Positions 35,283 through 43,435 of a stretch of 64,000 bases of DNA are shown one piece after another. Each line of letters begins with the position of its first letter. The first letter of the stretch is position 1. This DNA is from a virus. The stretch is taken from positions 5,882 through 69,881 of the IMG/VR virus record IMGVR_UViG_3300043788_000134. The stretch is one strand, 5' to 3'. A program made the position numbers and the translations under genes. Below the pieces are notes generated by a model, which saw only the letters and a list, made by a program, of their open reading frames with translations, ran no database searches and was not told the DNA's origin.

Positions 35283-36335
35283 ATGCCAAGCATTCAGCTT
35301 GCGGCGAAAGATCGAGACATCGTCGCCTCCCTCTGGACAAAAGCGGACGGCGCATCCGAGAGCCAGCGCATCGACGCTATTGAGAAGCAGATCGGGCGTT
35401 CGCTTACACGCGGCTGGTGTCGCCTTCATTTCGGCTTTCCGGGAGGCAAGCAAACCGTTTTCCTAGCAAAGAAATCGCCTGCCGAAATTCGCAGGAAAAA
35501 TGCTGGCCGATGGCCTTACCAGCGCGCTGCTACCGGGGAAGTAATGCACGTCGGCATGAACTATTTGTCGGAGCTAGTCGTGCGTCCCGGCATTCGCAAA
35601 TATCTTGAACCGCTCTGCCTCTACCGTGGACAAATGAGCCCAGGGCACGCGCACCGGTATTGGAATTTCGTTCTGCTTATGATGGCAGCCGAAGCCGAGA
35701 CGCTTGCCGACGGGATTAGACTTTACGGTAATGAGGCGTTCGCCCAACTGTGCGGCCCACAGCGGGCGCCATCTCGGATGACGCTGCATAGTTTCTTCGG
35801 GCGGCTTTGGGACAATCGAGACGTGACGGATGAAATATCCGGACTGACCGATTACGTTCGGTCTCTCGAAATCGGGCCGTGCCGCCTAGCGCCGGTCCCT
35901 CACGTCACTCAAGAACGCTATTGCGCGTCATGGCGCATTTCCGATCATCCTGAATGGGACCCGAAGGCAGAACGTCCCGAGAGCGGCGTTCGTGCCCTTT
36001 ATTATCCCTATCTGGCCCACAATCCCAAGAAGCCGGACGACGGCCGCGACCTTGTCTTGCTTGCCAATTCGCTGGTCCCAACTTACTGGCCCGATTTTGC
36101 CCGCGCCGATCTGTGTCAGGAACTCATCGTCGCGATTCTCTCCAGCGAAACGACCAAAGAGAACGCTCACGACTACATGCAAAAGGCTAAGCGAAAATTC
36201 TTTAAGGATCAGCCGTTCCTTTATGAACAGGGTCAGCTTGCGCCAAAATCCATGGACGCTCCTTTCGGAGCAGAAGATGATCGAACACTACATGACGTTA
36301 TAGCGGATCGTCTGACAATGGACGTAGAGCCATGA
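35283..36335 (+). CDS. hypothetical protein (350 aa) coupled to the recombinase gene
   Basis: ATG 35283 with GAGGAG RBS; stop overlaps integrase start (ATGA, 36332-36335); no motif recognised. Confidence 0.5.
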   Translation: MPSIQLAAKDRDIVASLWTKADGASESQRIDAIEKQIGRSLTRGWCRLHFGFPGGKQTVFLAKKSPAEIRRKNAGRWPYQRAATGEVMHVGMNYLSELVVRPGIRKYLEPLCLYRGQMSPGHAHRYWNFVLLMMAAEAETLADGIRLYGNEAFAQLCGPQRAPSRMTLHSFFGRLWDNRDVTDEISGLTDYVRSLEIGPCRLAPVPHVTQERYCASWRISDHPEWDPKAERPESGVRALYYPYLAHNPKKPDDGRDLVLLANSLVPTYWPDFARADLCQELIVAILSSETTKENAHDYMQKAKRKFFKDQPFLYEQGQLAPKSMDAPFGAEDDRTLHDVIADRLTMDVEP

Positions 36336-37282
36336 ACCTCTCCGCGCTCATTCACGATTACCGTGCCGACACGGCATCGCCTTACGGCAAGCTGCGGATC
36401 GGCACGCGCCAGCGATACGATTCGCTGCTGCGCCGGATCGAGCGTGATCTAGGCGAGCGCGATGTCAGCACGATCAAGGGCCGCGACCTGACGGTGGCCT
36501 ACGAGGAATGGGCCAAGAGCGGTGTTCCCATGGCCCACGGCTTGATGCAGATGCTTCGGACGATAGCTGGCTACGGTGCCACGCTGCTCGATGACGAAGC
36601 CTGCGCGACGCTGGCAACGAAGATGCGGTTCCTTCGGTTCAAGATGGGCCAGCCGCGCCAGGTCAGGATCACGGCACCCCAAGTGGTCGCCATCCGCCGG
36701 CAAGCGCACCTGATGGGCCTGCACTCAATCGCCCGCGCGCAAGCCCTGCAATTCGAGGGGACGTTTCGCCAAAGGGACGTGATCGGGGAATGGGTGCCGA
36801 TCTCCGAGCCCGGCGAAAGCTATGTGGAGTGGGAAGGCCGGAAGTGGCTTCGCGGGCTGCGGTGGGAAGAAATCGACGCCGACCGCGTGCTTCGCCACAT
36901 CACTAGCAAGAAGCAAAAGGAAGTCGAGATCGACCTTAAGCTGGCCGATATGGTGATGCAGGAGTTCGGCGCCGTCGAGTGGCCGAAGCGCGGCCCCGTC
37001 ATCACCGCCGAAGCGACCGGCAAGCCTTGGACCGCCGTCGAGTTCCGCCGCATGTGGCGCGTCGTGGCGCGCGAAGCGGGCATCCCTGATGAGATCAGGA
37101 ACATGGACTCCAGGGCCGGCGCTATCAGCGAAGCCACCGACGCGGGCGCGAGCCTCGAAATGGTGCGCCACGCGGCAACGCACTCTGATGTGGCGACAAC
37201 AGCGCGCTATAGCCGCAACGCGCCGGACAAGATCAAGGAAGTTCAACGGCTACGATTGCAGCATAGGGAAACAACGCCATGA
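36332..37282 (+). CDS. tyrosine recombinase / integrase
   Basis: 316 aa; TFRQRD (Arg), DSRAGAISE, MVRHAATHSDVATTARYSR (His...Tyr) C-terminal catalytic pattern. Confidence 0.75.
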   Translation: MNLSALIHDYRADTASPYGKLRIGTRQRYDSLLRRIERDLGERDVSTIKGRDLTVAYEEWAKSGVPMAHGLMQMLRTIAGYGATLLDDEACATLATKMRFLRFKMGQPRQVRITAPQVVAIRRQAHLMGLHSIARAQALQFEGTFRQRDVIGEWVPISEPGESYVEWEGRKWLRGLRWEEIDADRVLRHITSKKQKEVEIDLKLADMVMQEFGAVEWPKRGPVITAEATGKPWTAVEFRRMWRVVAREAGIPDEIRNMDSRAGAISEATDAGASLEMVRHAATHSDVATTARYSRNAPDKIKEVQRLRLQHRETTP

Positions 37283-38184
37283 CGCCGCTTTGCATCTATC
37301 ACGGAAACTGCGCTGACGGATTTACGGCGGCTTGGGCGGTTCATAAGGCACTCGGCCGCGACGTTGAATATCACGCCGGCGTCTATGGCAAAGAGCCGCC
37401 AGATGTGACCGGCCGGGACGTAGTGATGGTCGATTTCAGCTACAAGCGCCCAGTGCTGGACACTATGACCGCCAAAGCCGGCTCAATCCTTATTCTCGAT
37501 CACCACAAGACCGCCGCCGAGGACCTTGCCGGCTTCGCTGATGCGCCCTCGTTCGGCGGATGGCGAGCAGCAGCGTGGAATCAAAAGCTATCTGCCGGCA
37601 TTCGCACCGTGACTGTATTTGATATGGGGCGAAGCGGAGCACAGATCACTTGGGACTATTTCCATGCGGAGCCGCGCCCATTGTTGGTCGATTATGTTGG
37701 CGACCGTGACCTTTGGCGCTTTAAGCTGCCGCAATCACGCGAGGTTAATGCCTACGTATTCGCCCACGAATACACCTTTGAGAATTGGGATAGCTTGGAC
37801 CGCCTCATACAGGGTGGTCTTGGCGTCTCGGCTGTTGCCGATATGGGTGCGGCCATCGAGAAAAAGCATCACAAGGATGTAGCCGAACTCGTGGCGACGA
37901 CCAAGCGACGCATGGTGATCGGCGGCCATGAAATTTGGGTCGCCAACATCCCCTATACGCTGACGAGCGACGCCGGGAACCTCATGGCGCAGGGCGAGCC
38001 GTTTGCAGCTTGCTATTGGGACACGCCGAACGGCCGCGTGTTCTCGCTTCGCTCAACCGACGACGGCCTCGACGTGAGCGCCATCGCCAAGAGCTACGGC
38101 GGCGGCGGTCATGCTCACGCCAGCGGCTTTCAAAAGCCGCTCGGGTGGGAAGGCGATGTCCCCGCGATAAGGGAGGCAGAATGA
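37279..38184 (+). CDS. DHH-family phosphoesterase (DHH/DHHA1)
   Basis: NCADG, LILDHHKTA (DHH) and YGGGGHAHASGF (GGGH) motifs; ATGA overlaps on both sides. Confidence 0.75.
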   Translation: MTPLCIYHGNCADGFTAAWAVHKALGRDVEYHAGVYGKEPPDVTGRDVVMVDFSYKRPVLDTMTAKAGSILILDHHKTAAEDLAGFADAPSFGGWRAAAWNQKLSAGIRTVTVFDMGRSGAQITWDYFHAEPRPLLVDYVGDRDLWRFKLPQSREVNAYVFAHEYTFENWDSLDRLIQGGLGVSAVADMGAAIEKKHHKDVAELVATTKRRMVIGGHEIWVANIPYTLTSDAGNLMAQGEPFAACYWDTPNGRVFSLRSTDDGLDVSAIAKSYGGGGHAHASGFQKPLGWEGDVPAIREAE

Positions 38185-38465
38185 TGGAAGTTGATCCGGA
38201 CGATGCGCTGGCATTCAAGAAATACGTCATGGAGCGTAGTCGCGATCCAAATGAGGTTCCGAGCGCGAGGCAGCGCGCCTTGATGGCCTGTCTCGTTATT
38301 CCCAATGAAATTCAGAAGTGGATGATCGAGGTTGGGGCCGTTGAACCATTGTTGGACAGCATCGAAGCCACAATTGTCGCGGCCGAGCAGGCGCAAAAAT
38401 CAGCTCAGTCAGCACCGGATCGCAATAGTGATTTTTGGAGATTTGTCGGTGATATAGGCCGCTAA
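38181..38465 (+). CDS. hypothetical protein (94 aa)
   Basis: ATGA overlap at 38181-38184. Confidence 0.4.
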   Translation: MMEVDPDDALAFKKYVMERSRDPNEVPSARQRALMACLVIPNEIQKWMIEVGAVEPLLDSIEATIVAAEQAQKSAQSAPDRNSDFWRFVGDIGR

Positions 38466-38501
38466 AGTTTTAAGTCAGTCTGAACTCAAAGGAGCGGGAA
38501 G

Positions 38502-38855
38502 GTGAACCTACGAATCCTAAAAAAGCTTTCCAAGAGAGCCGCCCCGCTGCTGCTTAAGCTCGGCGATGAGCAGGAACAGTTCCGTGCAGAAAAGGGTGAG
38601 AATTACCACGGCGCCGCCCTGCCACATCCGCACCCCCTCAAAGGCACGATGATGGCCGGCGGGATGTCGGGGTATTACGAGCCTGAATGGAGCGAGGAAT
38701 GCGCCTGGATGGCTTTGCGCGAACAGGTGTATTGGCACTTCACAAAGTACAACGAAAAAACGGAAGACTTGGAGCCAACGCGCGAGTTGCGTTTGCCGTC
38801 GCAGATTTTCCGGGCGGCCGAAGAAATGATCGCAGCCGACTTGCGGCGTTCGTAA
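38502..38855 (+). CDS. hypothetical protein (117 aa)
   Basis: GTG start with AAAGGAG RBS. Confidence 0.4.
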   Translation: MNLRILKKLSKRAAPLLLKLGDEQEQFRAEKGENYHGAALPHPHPLKGTMMAGGMSGYYEPEWSEECAWMALREQVYWHFTKYNEKTEDLEPTRELRLPSQIFRAAEEMIAADLRRS

Positions 38856-38867
38856 CGGGAGAATGAC

Positions 38868-39245
38868 GTGAAGCAGCGGGTTCTGGTCTGTGGTGGCCGA
38901 GACTATGATGATCGCGAGCGAGTATTCTCGATCCTGGATGTCGCACACATGGCGAATCCGATCATTGAGCTAATCCATGGTGGCGCGACCGGCGCCGACG
39001 CCTTGGCGGACGAATGGGCGCGCGGCAAAACGGCCATTCGCGAGTTTCCATATCCAAGCGCGCTAGGCCGTCGCGGCGGACCAATTCGGAACCAGAAGAT
39101 GCTGGATGAGGGCAAGCCGCACATGGTCATTGCCTTCCCTGGCGGCGCGGGGACGGCCGATATGGTCAGACGCGCCGAGAAGGCCGGCGTTCCTGTCGTC
39201 CGCGTTCGGCGCCGAGCAGTCGCCGCGATAATGAATGGAGGTTGA
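38868..39245 (+). CDS. DUF2493 / SLOG-fold (YspA-like) protein
   Basis: VLVCGGRDY...IHGGATGADALA...FPGGAGT motifs. Confidence 0.6.
   Translation: MKQRVLVCGGRDYDDRERVFSILDVAHMANPIIELIHGGATGADALADEWARGKTAIREFPYPSALGRRGGPIRNQKMLDEGKPHMVIAFPGGAGTADMVRRAEKAGVPVVRVRRRAVAAIMNGG
39222..39240 (+). repeat. 19-bp direct repeat, copy 1
   Basis: gccgcgataatgaatggag, identical to 39313-39331. Confidence 0.9.
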
Positions 39246-39247
39246 CA

Positions 39248-39322
39248 ATGCGATCTAAAAAACCCGGTTTTTGGGAATGGCTTTTCGGCTTTGGCGGCAA
39301 GCCCGGAAGATGGCCGCGATAA
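39248..39322 (+). CDS. tiny ORF (24 aa) bracketed by the 19-bp repeats
   Basis: MRSKKPGFWEWLFGFGGKPGRWPR; very short. Confidence 0.2.
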   Translation: MRSKKPGFWEWLFGFGGKPGRWPR

Positions 39323-39331
39323 TGAATGGAG
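39313..39331 (+). repeat. 19-bp direct repeat, copy 2
   Basis: gccgcgataatgaatggag. Confidence 0.9.
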
Positions 39332-39339
39332 AGGGCTGA

Positions 39340-39747
39340 ATGGGAAACCACATGGCCGGCGACCTCATCGCCAAGTTTGCCGCCATCCAAAGCGCCCAAC
39401 GGCGCCCCGGCGACAAGGCGCTCGACCTTTTAGATAAAGCCGTGGCCGAGGCCAAGTCGGTTTCAGGCTTCACGCCGGATGCCGAGTTCGAGGCATCACA
39501 TCCAACGCAAGCCGGGATCGTACATCCGATCCTGGCCGATTGGACGGACCCCCATCCGCTGGCGCCGCTTGGGATGCTGATGGTGGAGGCTTTTGCCCCG
39601 AACGGTCTGCGCGATCTTCCGCGATACTGGTTTGCGAACGGCGTGCCTGACGATTACCCGGACGGAGAATGTCTGGAGGAGGAAGCAACCGAAGCTTGGT
39701 GGACCGAGATCAAAGAGCCGTTTCGTGATCGATACGGCCTTTGTTGA
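39340..39747 (+). CDS. hypothetical protein (135 aa)
   Basis: ORF track. Confidence 0.45.
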   Translation: MGNHMAGDLIAKFAAIQSAQRRPGDKALDLLDKAVAEAKSVSGFTPDAEFEASHPTQAGIVHPILADWTDPHPLAPLGMLMVEAFAPNGLRDLPRYWFANGVPDDYPDGECLEEEATEAWWTEIKEPFRDRYGLC

Positions 39748-39776
39748 TCCGCACATATAGGGAAGGAACGCCGACC

Positions 39777-40073
39777 GTGTTCAATCTGCCGCCGACCGCC
39801 GCCGTTGTCAGGCTCGCCCGCATTCGCGGGGACGACCTGATCTTTTGCGAGGCGATGCTTCTGCCCGGTGGAGCGACCGCGATTGACACCATACTCAGGC
39901 GCGCTCAGTTGTCTGGCAGGGTTGAAGTCGGTGGCGAAATCGCGAATCACTTTGCTGATATTCTCGATGAAGCCGGCGACATGGTGCAGACAGTGGCGCT
40001 CGACAGCAAGTCCTATAGTGCGATCAAAAATCGGTGGATGCGCTGCAAGGTCGAAAACTCAAATCAGTCTTGA
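39777..40073 (+). CDS. hypothetical protein (98 aa)
   Basis: GTG 39777 after GGGAAGGA; track start TTG 39741. Confidence 0.35.
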   Translation: MFNLPPTAAVVRLARIRGDDLIFCEAMLLPGGATAIDTILRRAQLSGRVEVGGEIANHFADILDEAGDMVQTVALDSKSYSAIKNRWMRCKVENSNQS

Positions 40074-40080
40074 TGAAGGG

Positions 40081-40272
40081 ATGACGACGATGGTTCGCAC
40101 CGTGCAACGTCGATACGTTCTCGATGACCGGGATGTGCATGAAGCTATCTTAGCATACCTAAAGGCTAAGGACATTGTGACGCCGGAATATGTCGGCAAC
40201 ACGCCGACGTGCCAATGGGATTGGGGTGAAGATACCATCACCGTATCGTGGACCGATGAACTGAAAGATTAA
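40081..40272 (+). CDS. hypothetical protein (63 aa)
   Basis: ATG 40081 after GAAGGG. Confidence 0.4.
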   Translation: MTTMVRTVQRRYVLDDRDVHEAILAYLKAKDIVTPEYVGNTPTCQWDWGEDTITVSWTDELKD

Positions 40273-40299
40273 TCAGTAATGCGCCGGGAGGGCCGAGAC

Positions 40300-40410
40300 A
40301 TGGCTGAATTGCCTAAGATCAACTGGACCGAGGCCATGAAACGGGCCATCGCCGAAGCAAAAGCCCGTGTCAGTTCGGCGGCAAAAGTATCACTCACGCG
40401 GCGGGAATGA
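40300..40410 (+). CDS. small ORF (36 aa)
   Basis: GGGAGGGCCGAGAC-ATG; MAELPKINWTEAMKRAIAEAKARV... Confidence 0.3.
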   Translation: MAELPKINWTEAMKRAIAEAKARVSSAAKVSLTRRE

Positions 40411-40417
40411 GGACACC

Positions 40418-40549
40418 ATGGAAGCATACGTGATCGCTATGGGAGCCAGCATCATAGTGTGGGGGTTGCGAGATTGGCAAAGTCGCGCGCGTGGAGCAGT
40501 TCTTTTCTTTGCTGGTCTCGCTGCTGGCTTTTGCTTCTTCACGCGATAA
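40418..40549 (+). CDS. small membrane protein (43 aa)
   Basis: AATGAGGACACC-ATG; hydrophobic. Confidence 0.3.
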   Translation: MEAYVIAMGASIIVWGLRDWQSRARGAVLFFAGLAAGFCFFTR

Positions 40550-40562
40550 TGGGGAGAAAGTG

Positions 40563-40748
40563 ATGGGGCTTTGTTTGGACCCGACGCCGGAAATGGGCGA
40601 GTGGACAATCGAAATCAGACGTGAATCGTTCTGGCTTCGCGGACCTACTGAGGATGACTATATCGAAATCCTTAAGGATGAACTGCCGAAGGTCAAGGCC
40701 GCACTGGCCCAAGTGGACGAATATCTGGCGCTAACGTGTCGGAAATGA
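40563..40748 (+). CDS. hypothetical protein (61 aa)
   Basis: GGGGAGAAAGTG-ATG. Confidence 0.4.
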   Translation: MGLCLDPTPEMGEWTIEIRRESFWLRGPTEDDYIEILKDELPKVKAALAQVDEYLALTCRK

Positions 40749-40757
40749 GAGAAGATA

Positions 40758-40919
40758 ATGCGATTCGAGCAACGAAACTTTCTGCCGCTACATTCGTTCC
40801 GTAGCATCCTCCCGCTATATCAACGCTTCCGGCCAAACAACGGCAAGCGCCGATGGCAGTTCCGCGGCGCGTTGCTTCGACACAATAAACGCCGCGCGCC
40901 TTTACGCGCTATTCAGTAG
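40758..40919 (+). CDS. Arg-rich small ORF (53 aa)
   Basis: fills gap between neighbours; composition atypical. Confidence 0.2.
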   Translation: MRFEQRNFLPLHSFRSILPLYQRFRPNNGKRRWQFRGALLRHNKRRAPLRAIQ

Positions 40920-40922
40920 GAA

Positions 40923-41174
40923 ATGACGATGCCAGAGGGCCACGAATTGGTATTGGCGTTCCGCGATCAATCGCCATCGTTCGCGCATGGCTTTACCTGC
41001 GGTAGAATATGGCAACAGATGCGTGATCGAAGTGCGCCGTTCAGCGAAACCATCCCGGCTGAGCTACGAGAGGATGCGATTGCGCTCGCAACCGCTGCCG
41101 GCTGGATTGAGGAATTTTTGCCACTGGACGAGGCGGGCGAATGGCTGCGTGTTACTTTCATGAAGGATCACTAA
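40923..41174 (+). CDS. hypothetical protein (83 aa)
   Basis: ORF track. Confidence 0.4.
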   Translation: MTMPEGHELVLAFRDQSPSFAHGFTCGRIWQQMRDRSAPFSETIPAELREDAIALATAAGWIEEFLPLDEAGEWLRVTFMKDH

Positions 41175-41198
41175 CATCACAAGAACGAGGAAAAGCCA

Positions 41199-41435
41199 AT
41201 GTATATCTTTCATGATGACGATGAGTGGGAAACGGTGTCCAGCTATCGAGCCTGTACCGCTTGTAACGGCGATATGAGCCGTTGTGACGGTCGTTGCAAT
41301 GGCATGTCTAGCTGGGGCCTCAAGCGCCGCAATCCATCCGAAGTCAAGCGGATCAAGGCAGAACGCCAGCGGAAGCACGAGGATGATATTCTGGCGGAAG
41401 CCGAACTGATCCGTGCTCGCCGCGCTTGTACCTGA
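41199..41435 (+). CDS. Cys-rich small protein (78 aa)
   Basis: CTACNGDMSRCDGRCNG. Confidence 0.4.
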   Translation: MYIFHDDDEWETVSSYRACTACNGDMSRCDGRCNGMSSWGLKRRNPSEVKRIKAERQRKHEDDILAEAELIRARRACT

Positions 41436-41448
41436 TAGGAGCGGAGAT

Positions 41449-41658
41449 ATGCCGGATATTCACGGTACACGCCAGGAGTTGGTGCAATTCATTGGCGACC
41501 AAAATCGCGAGATCGAGCGGCTGCGGGCGCTGAATAACGGAATCATTAAGGCTTGGGAAAGCTTGCCAGAAGGCGACCACCCCATCGGAACAATTGAAAA
41601 GTGGCTTTCAGAAACAATGTTTCCGGCTATTGATGCTGCCCGCAGACTTGAGCAGTAA
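41449..41658 (+). CDS. hypothetical protein (69 aa)
   Basis: ATG 41449 after AGGAGCGGAG. Confidence 0.4.
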   Translation: MPDIHGTRQELVQFIGDQNREIERLRALNNGIIKAWESLPEGDHPIGTIEKWLSETMFPAIDAARRLEQ

Positions 41659-41668
41659 AGGAGAAATC

Positions 41669-41860
41669 ATGGATGTTTGTACTCTGATCGTAACAGGTGC
41701 AATGGCCTTCGGCTGCTATTCAGCCGATGAAGGCCATAAGTCTGTGCCTACCATGGCCTGCTCCAATCGTATTGCGCCCTCGTCGTGGTACAATTGTGTG
41801 AGGCCAGACGGTACGGTTTATACACTGCCCTACAATATGGCCCGCGATTCTAAGCGATGA
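41669..41860 (+). CDS. hypothetical protein (63 aa)
   Basis: ATG 41669 after AAAGGAG. Confidence 0.4.
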   Translation: MDVCTLIVTGAMAFGCYSADEGHKSVPTMACSNRIAPSSWYNCVRPDGTVYTLPYNMARDSKR

Positions 41861-42045
41861 ATGAACTTAATCGCATGATCGCCGAGGTGCAGGAGTGGCG
41901 CGAGTTTCACCAGGCGCAATTCCAGCGTGGCATTAAGGGCGCCTCAATCGAGGCGGCGGCGTGCGCAATACGTGAACGGGCGCTTCTCGACGCCCGTGCC
42001 GCGCTCGTAGCTCAGGGGATAGAGCAAGGGCCTTCTAAGCCCTAG
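41857..42045 (+). CDS. hypothetical protein (62 aa); last 15 codons overlap the tRNA
   Basis: ATGA overlap upstream; no stop until inside tRNA-Arg. Confidence 0.35.
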   Translation: MNELNRMIAEVQEWREFHQAQFQRGIKGASIEAAACAIRERALLDARAALVAQGIEQGPSKP

Positions 42046-42076
42046 GTCGGCAGTTCGATTCTGTCCGAGCGCACCA
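42001..42076 (+). tRNA. tRNA-Arg (anticodon TCT), CCA encoded
   Basis: manual cloverleaf: acceptor GCGCTCG/CGAGCGC, D arm GCTC-AGGGGATA-GAGC, anticodon arm AGGGC-CTTCTAA-GCCCT, variable AGGTC, T arm GGCAG-TTCGATT-CTGTC, discriminator A, CCA. Confidence 0.9.
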
Positions 42077-42105
42077 ACTCTCCGTACATTTGGGCCATCG
42101 GTGCG

Positions 42106-42225
42106 CTAATCCCTCGGCGGCTTTTCCAACCACGGATGGCTCGGCTGCGGCCGTTCGGCATCCGTCGTATTCCAGGCAACAATGCAGGCGACGGCTGCGA
42201 TGCAGAGTGCGCCGACGATCCACAT
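42106..42225 (-). CDS. small membrane protein (39 aa)
   Basis: TGATG overlap with M15-like gene stop; MWIVGALCIAAVACIVAW... Confidence 0.3.
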   Translation of the reverse strand: MWIVGALCIAAVACIVAWNTTDAERPQPSHPWLEKPPRD

Positions 42226-42809
42226 CAACGTGCTGCGTAATGCCGATGATGACGGACAAAACCTCGTGCGTAATGAGCGTGGCCGTTAGGCGAGAAATCC
42301 ATCCCGATATGTCCGCAGTCCCGCCGCGATCGAAACTCGCATCCGCTGACAAAGCCCCAACGATGGGCAAGCTCGGTTACCCGCTCCGTGTGCATGATAG
42401 TCGGCGCCCGATTCCATCCTGTCTGATCGAAGTCGCACGCCTTGCCGACGTGGTGCATAGAATTACGAATATGACCGGTGGCCGAATAGCATCCAATGTG
42501 CCGCGGATGATAGCCCATCGCCACAAGGCCGCGGATAAAACCCTGAAAATTCCCCGCCACAGAGGCCGCCACGGTAATGCGGATACCGGCAGCGGTCGGA
42601 ACTGTCACTAGCCCGCCGCCGTAGGAATGCTCACGGGCGACCTCGTAATGGCGCTCGTGATGCCATCCCTTGCGGAGTGGCGCGATGATCTCGATCGGAT
42701 AAGCCGGACGTGCCGCTACGTCGCTATAGCTTTCCACCGGATGCCGCGCCGCCCAAGCCGGCGCTGTCAGCAGCGCCAATGCAATACTACCGAGCAAGAA
42801 CATTCGCAT
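42225..42809 (-). CDS. secreted M15-like zinc peptidase (cell-wall peptidase)
   Basis: signal peptide MRMFLLGSIALALLTAPAWA; SATGHIRNSMHHVGKACDF resembles SxHxxGxAxD motif. Confidence 0.5.
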   Translation of the reverse strand: MRMFLLGSIALALLTAPAWAARHPVESYSDVAARPAYPIEIIAPLRKGWHHERHYEVAREHSYGGGLVTVPTAAGIRITVAASVAGNFQGFIRGLVAMGYHPRHIGCYSATGHIRNSMHHVGKACDFDQTGWNRAPTIMHTERVTELAHRWGFVSGCEFRSRRDCGHIGMDFSPNGHAHYARGFVRHHRHYAAR

Positions 42810-43218
42810 ATTCGCCTCCGTGGTTGACGCAAACGTAAAGCGTGTTGCGGCCGGTACCGAGACAATCCGACGCGCCAGACGACAGATCGAGTACGTCGCC
42901 CATCCTGCGCGCCAGGCCGTTCGGGCCAGTATCGTTTATTTCCACTTTGCAGCTTCGCCCGTTATGCGGATTGGTGACACCGATCATAGTGTGCATCGGA
43001 TATTCCCACGACGCAGCACTGATCTTGCCGCAGTCCATCCGGCCGCCGCCAGCAAGCGTACCGCCAGATTCGCAGTACCACGAGGCCATGACTTCGCGAC
43101 CGCTGCCGCAGCGCCCAGTCGCATGAACGTAACGATGGACCGTTGCCCATCCGCCTGCCTGTGCCGCCGTCGCAAGCATGCAGCAAGACGCCGCCAGAAG
43201 CGGTGCCAAGAATTTCAT
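42787..43218 (-). CDS. secreted RlpA-like double-psi beta-barrel protein
   Basis: signal peptide; ASWYCESGGTLAGG...VTNPHNGRSCKVEINDTGP...DLSSGA pattern. Confidence 0.6.
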   Translation of the reverse strand: MKFLAPLLAASCCMLATAAQAGGWATVHRYVHATGRCGSGREVMASWYCESGGTLAGGGRMDCGKISAASWEYPMHTMIGVTNPHNGRSCKVEINDTGPNGLARRMGDVLDLSSGASDCLGTGRNTLYVCVNHGGEYANVLAR

Positions 43219-43242
43219 GATGTGAGGAAGCCCGCGGCCCTC

Positions 43243-43320
43243 TTAATTGAGGCCGGTCGGCAAGGAGCCGCAGCCCGTCAGCGCGAGCAGAGAAAGCGCA
43301 ATTGCAAGTCGTCGGATCAT
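43243..43320 (-). CDS. tiny lipoprotein (25 aa)
   Basis: MIRRLAIALSLLALTGCGSLPTGLN, lipobox LTGC; first gene after promoter. Confidence 0.4.
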   Translation of the reverse strand: MIRRLAIALSLLALTGCGSLPTGLN

Positions 43321-43355
43321 GTCAGTCCCCGTGCTTGGTTGTGCCGATGTGACGG

Positions 43356-43385
43356 ATACTAGACGAGCCGAAGGCAGAAGGTCAA
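43356..43385 (-). promoter_or_regulatory. sigma70-type promoter of lipoprotein/RlpA/M15 operon
   Basis: minus strand TTGACC (43385-43380), 18-nt spacer, TAGTAT (43361-43356). Confidence 0.5.
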
Positions 43386-43395
43386 GGCGGTATTT

Positions 43396-43430
43396 GGGTC
43401 ACGAGAGGCCGGGATTACGGTGCGGTCAAC
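43396..43430 (+). repeat. PIR half-site, subtype A, forward
   Basis: gggtcacgagaggccgggattacggtgcggtcaac (identical to 8563-8597). Confidence 0.95.
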
Positions 43431-43435
43431 GCGCG

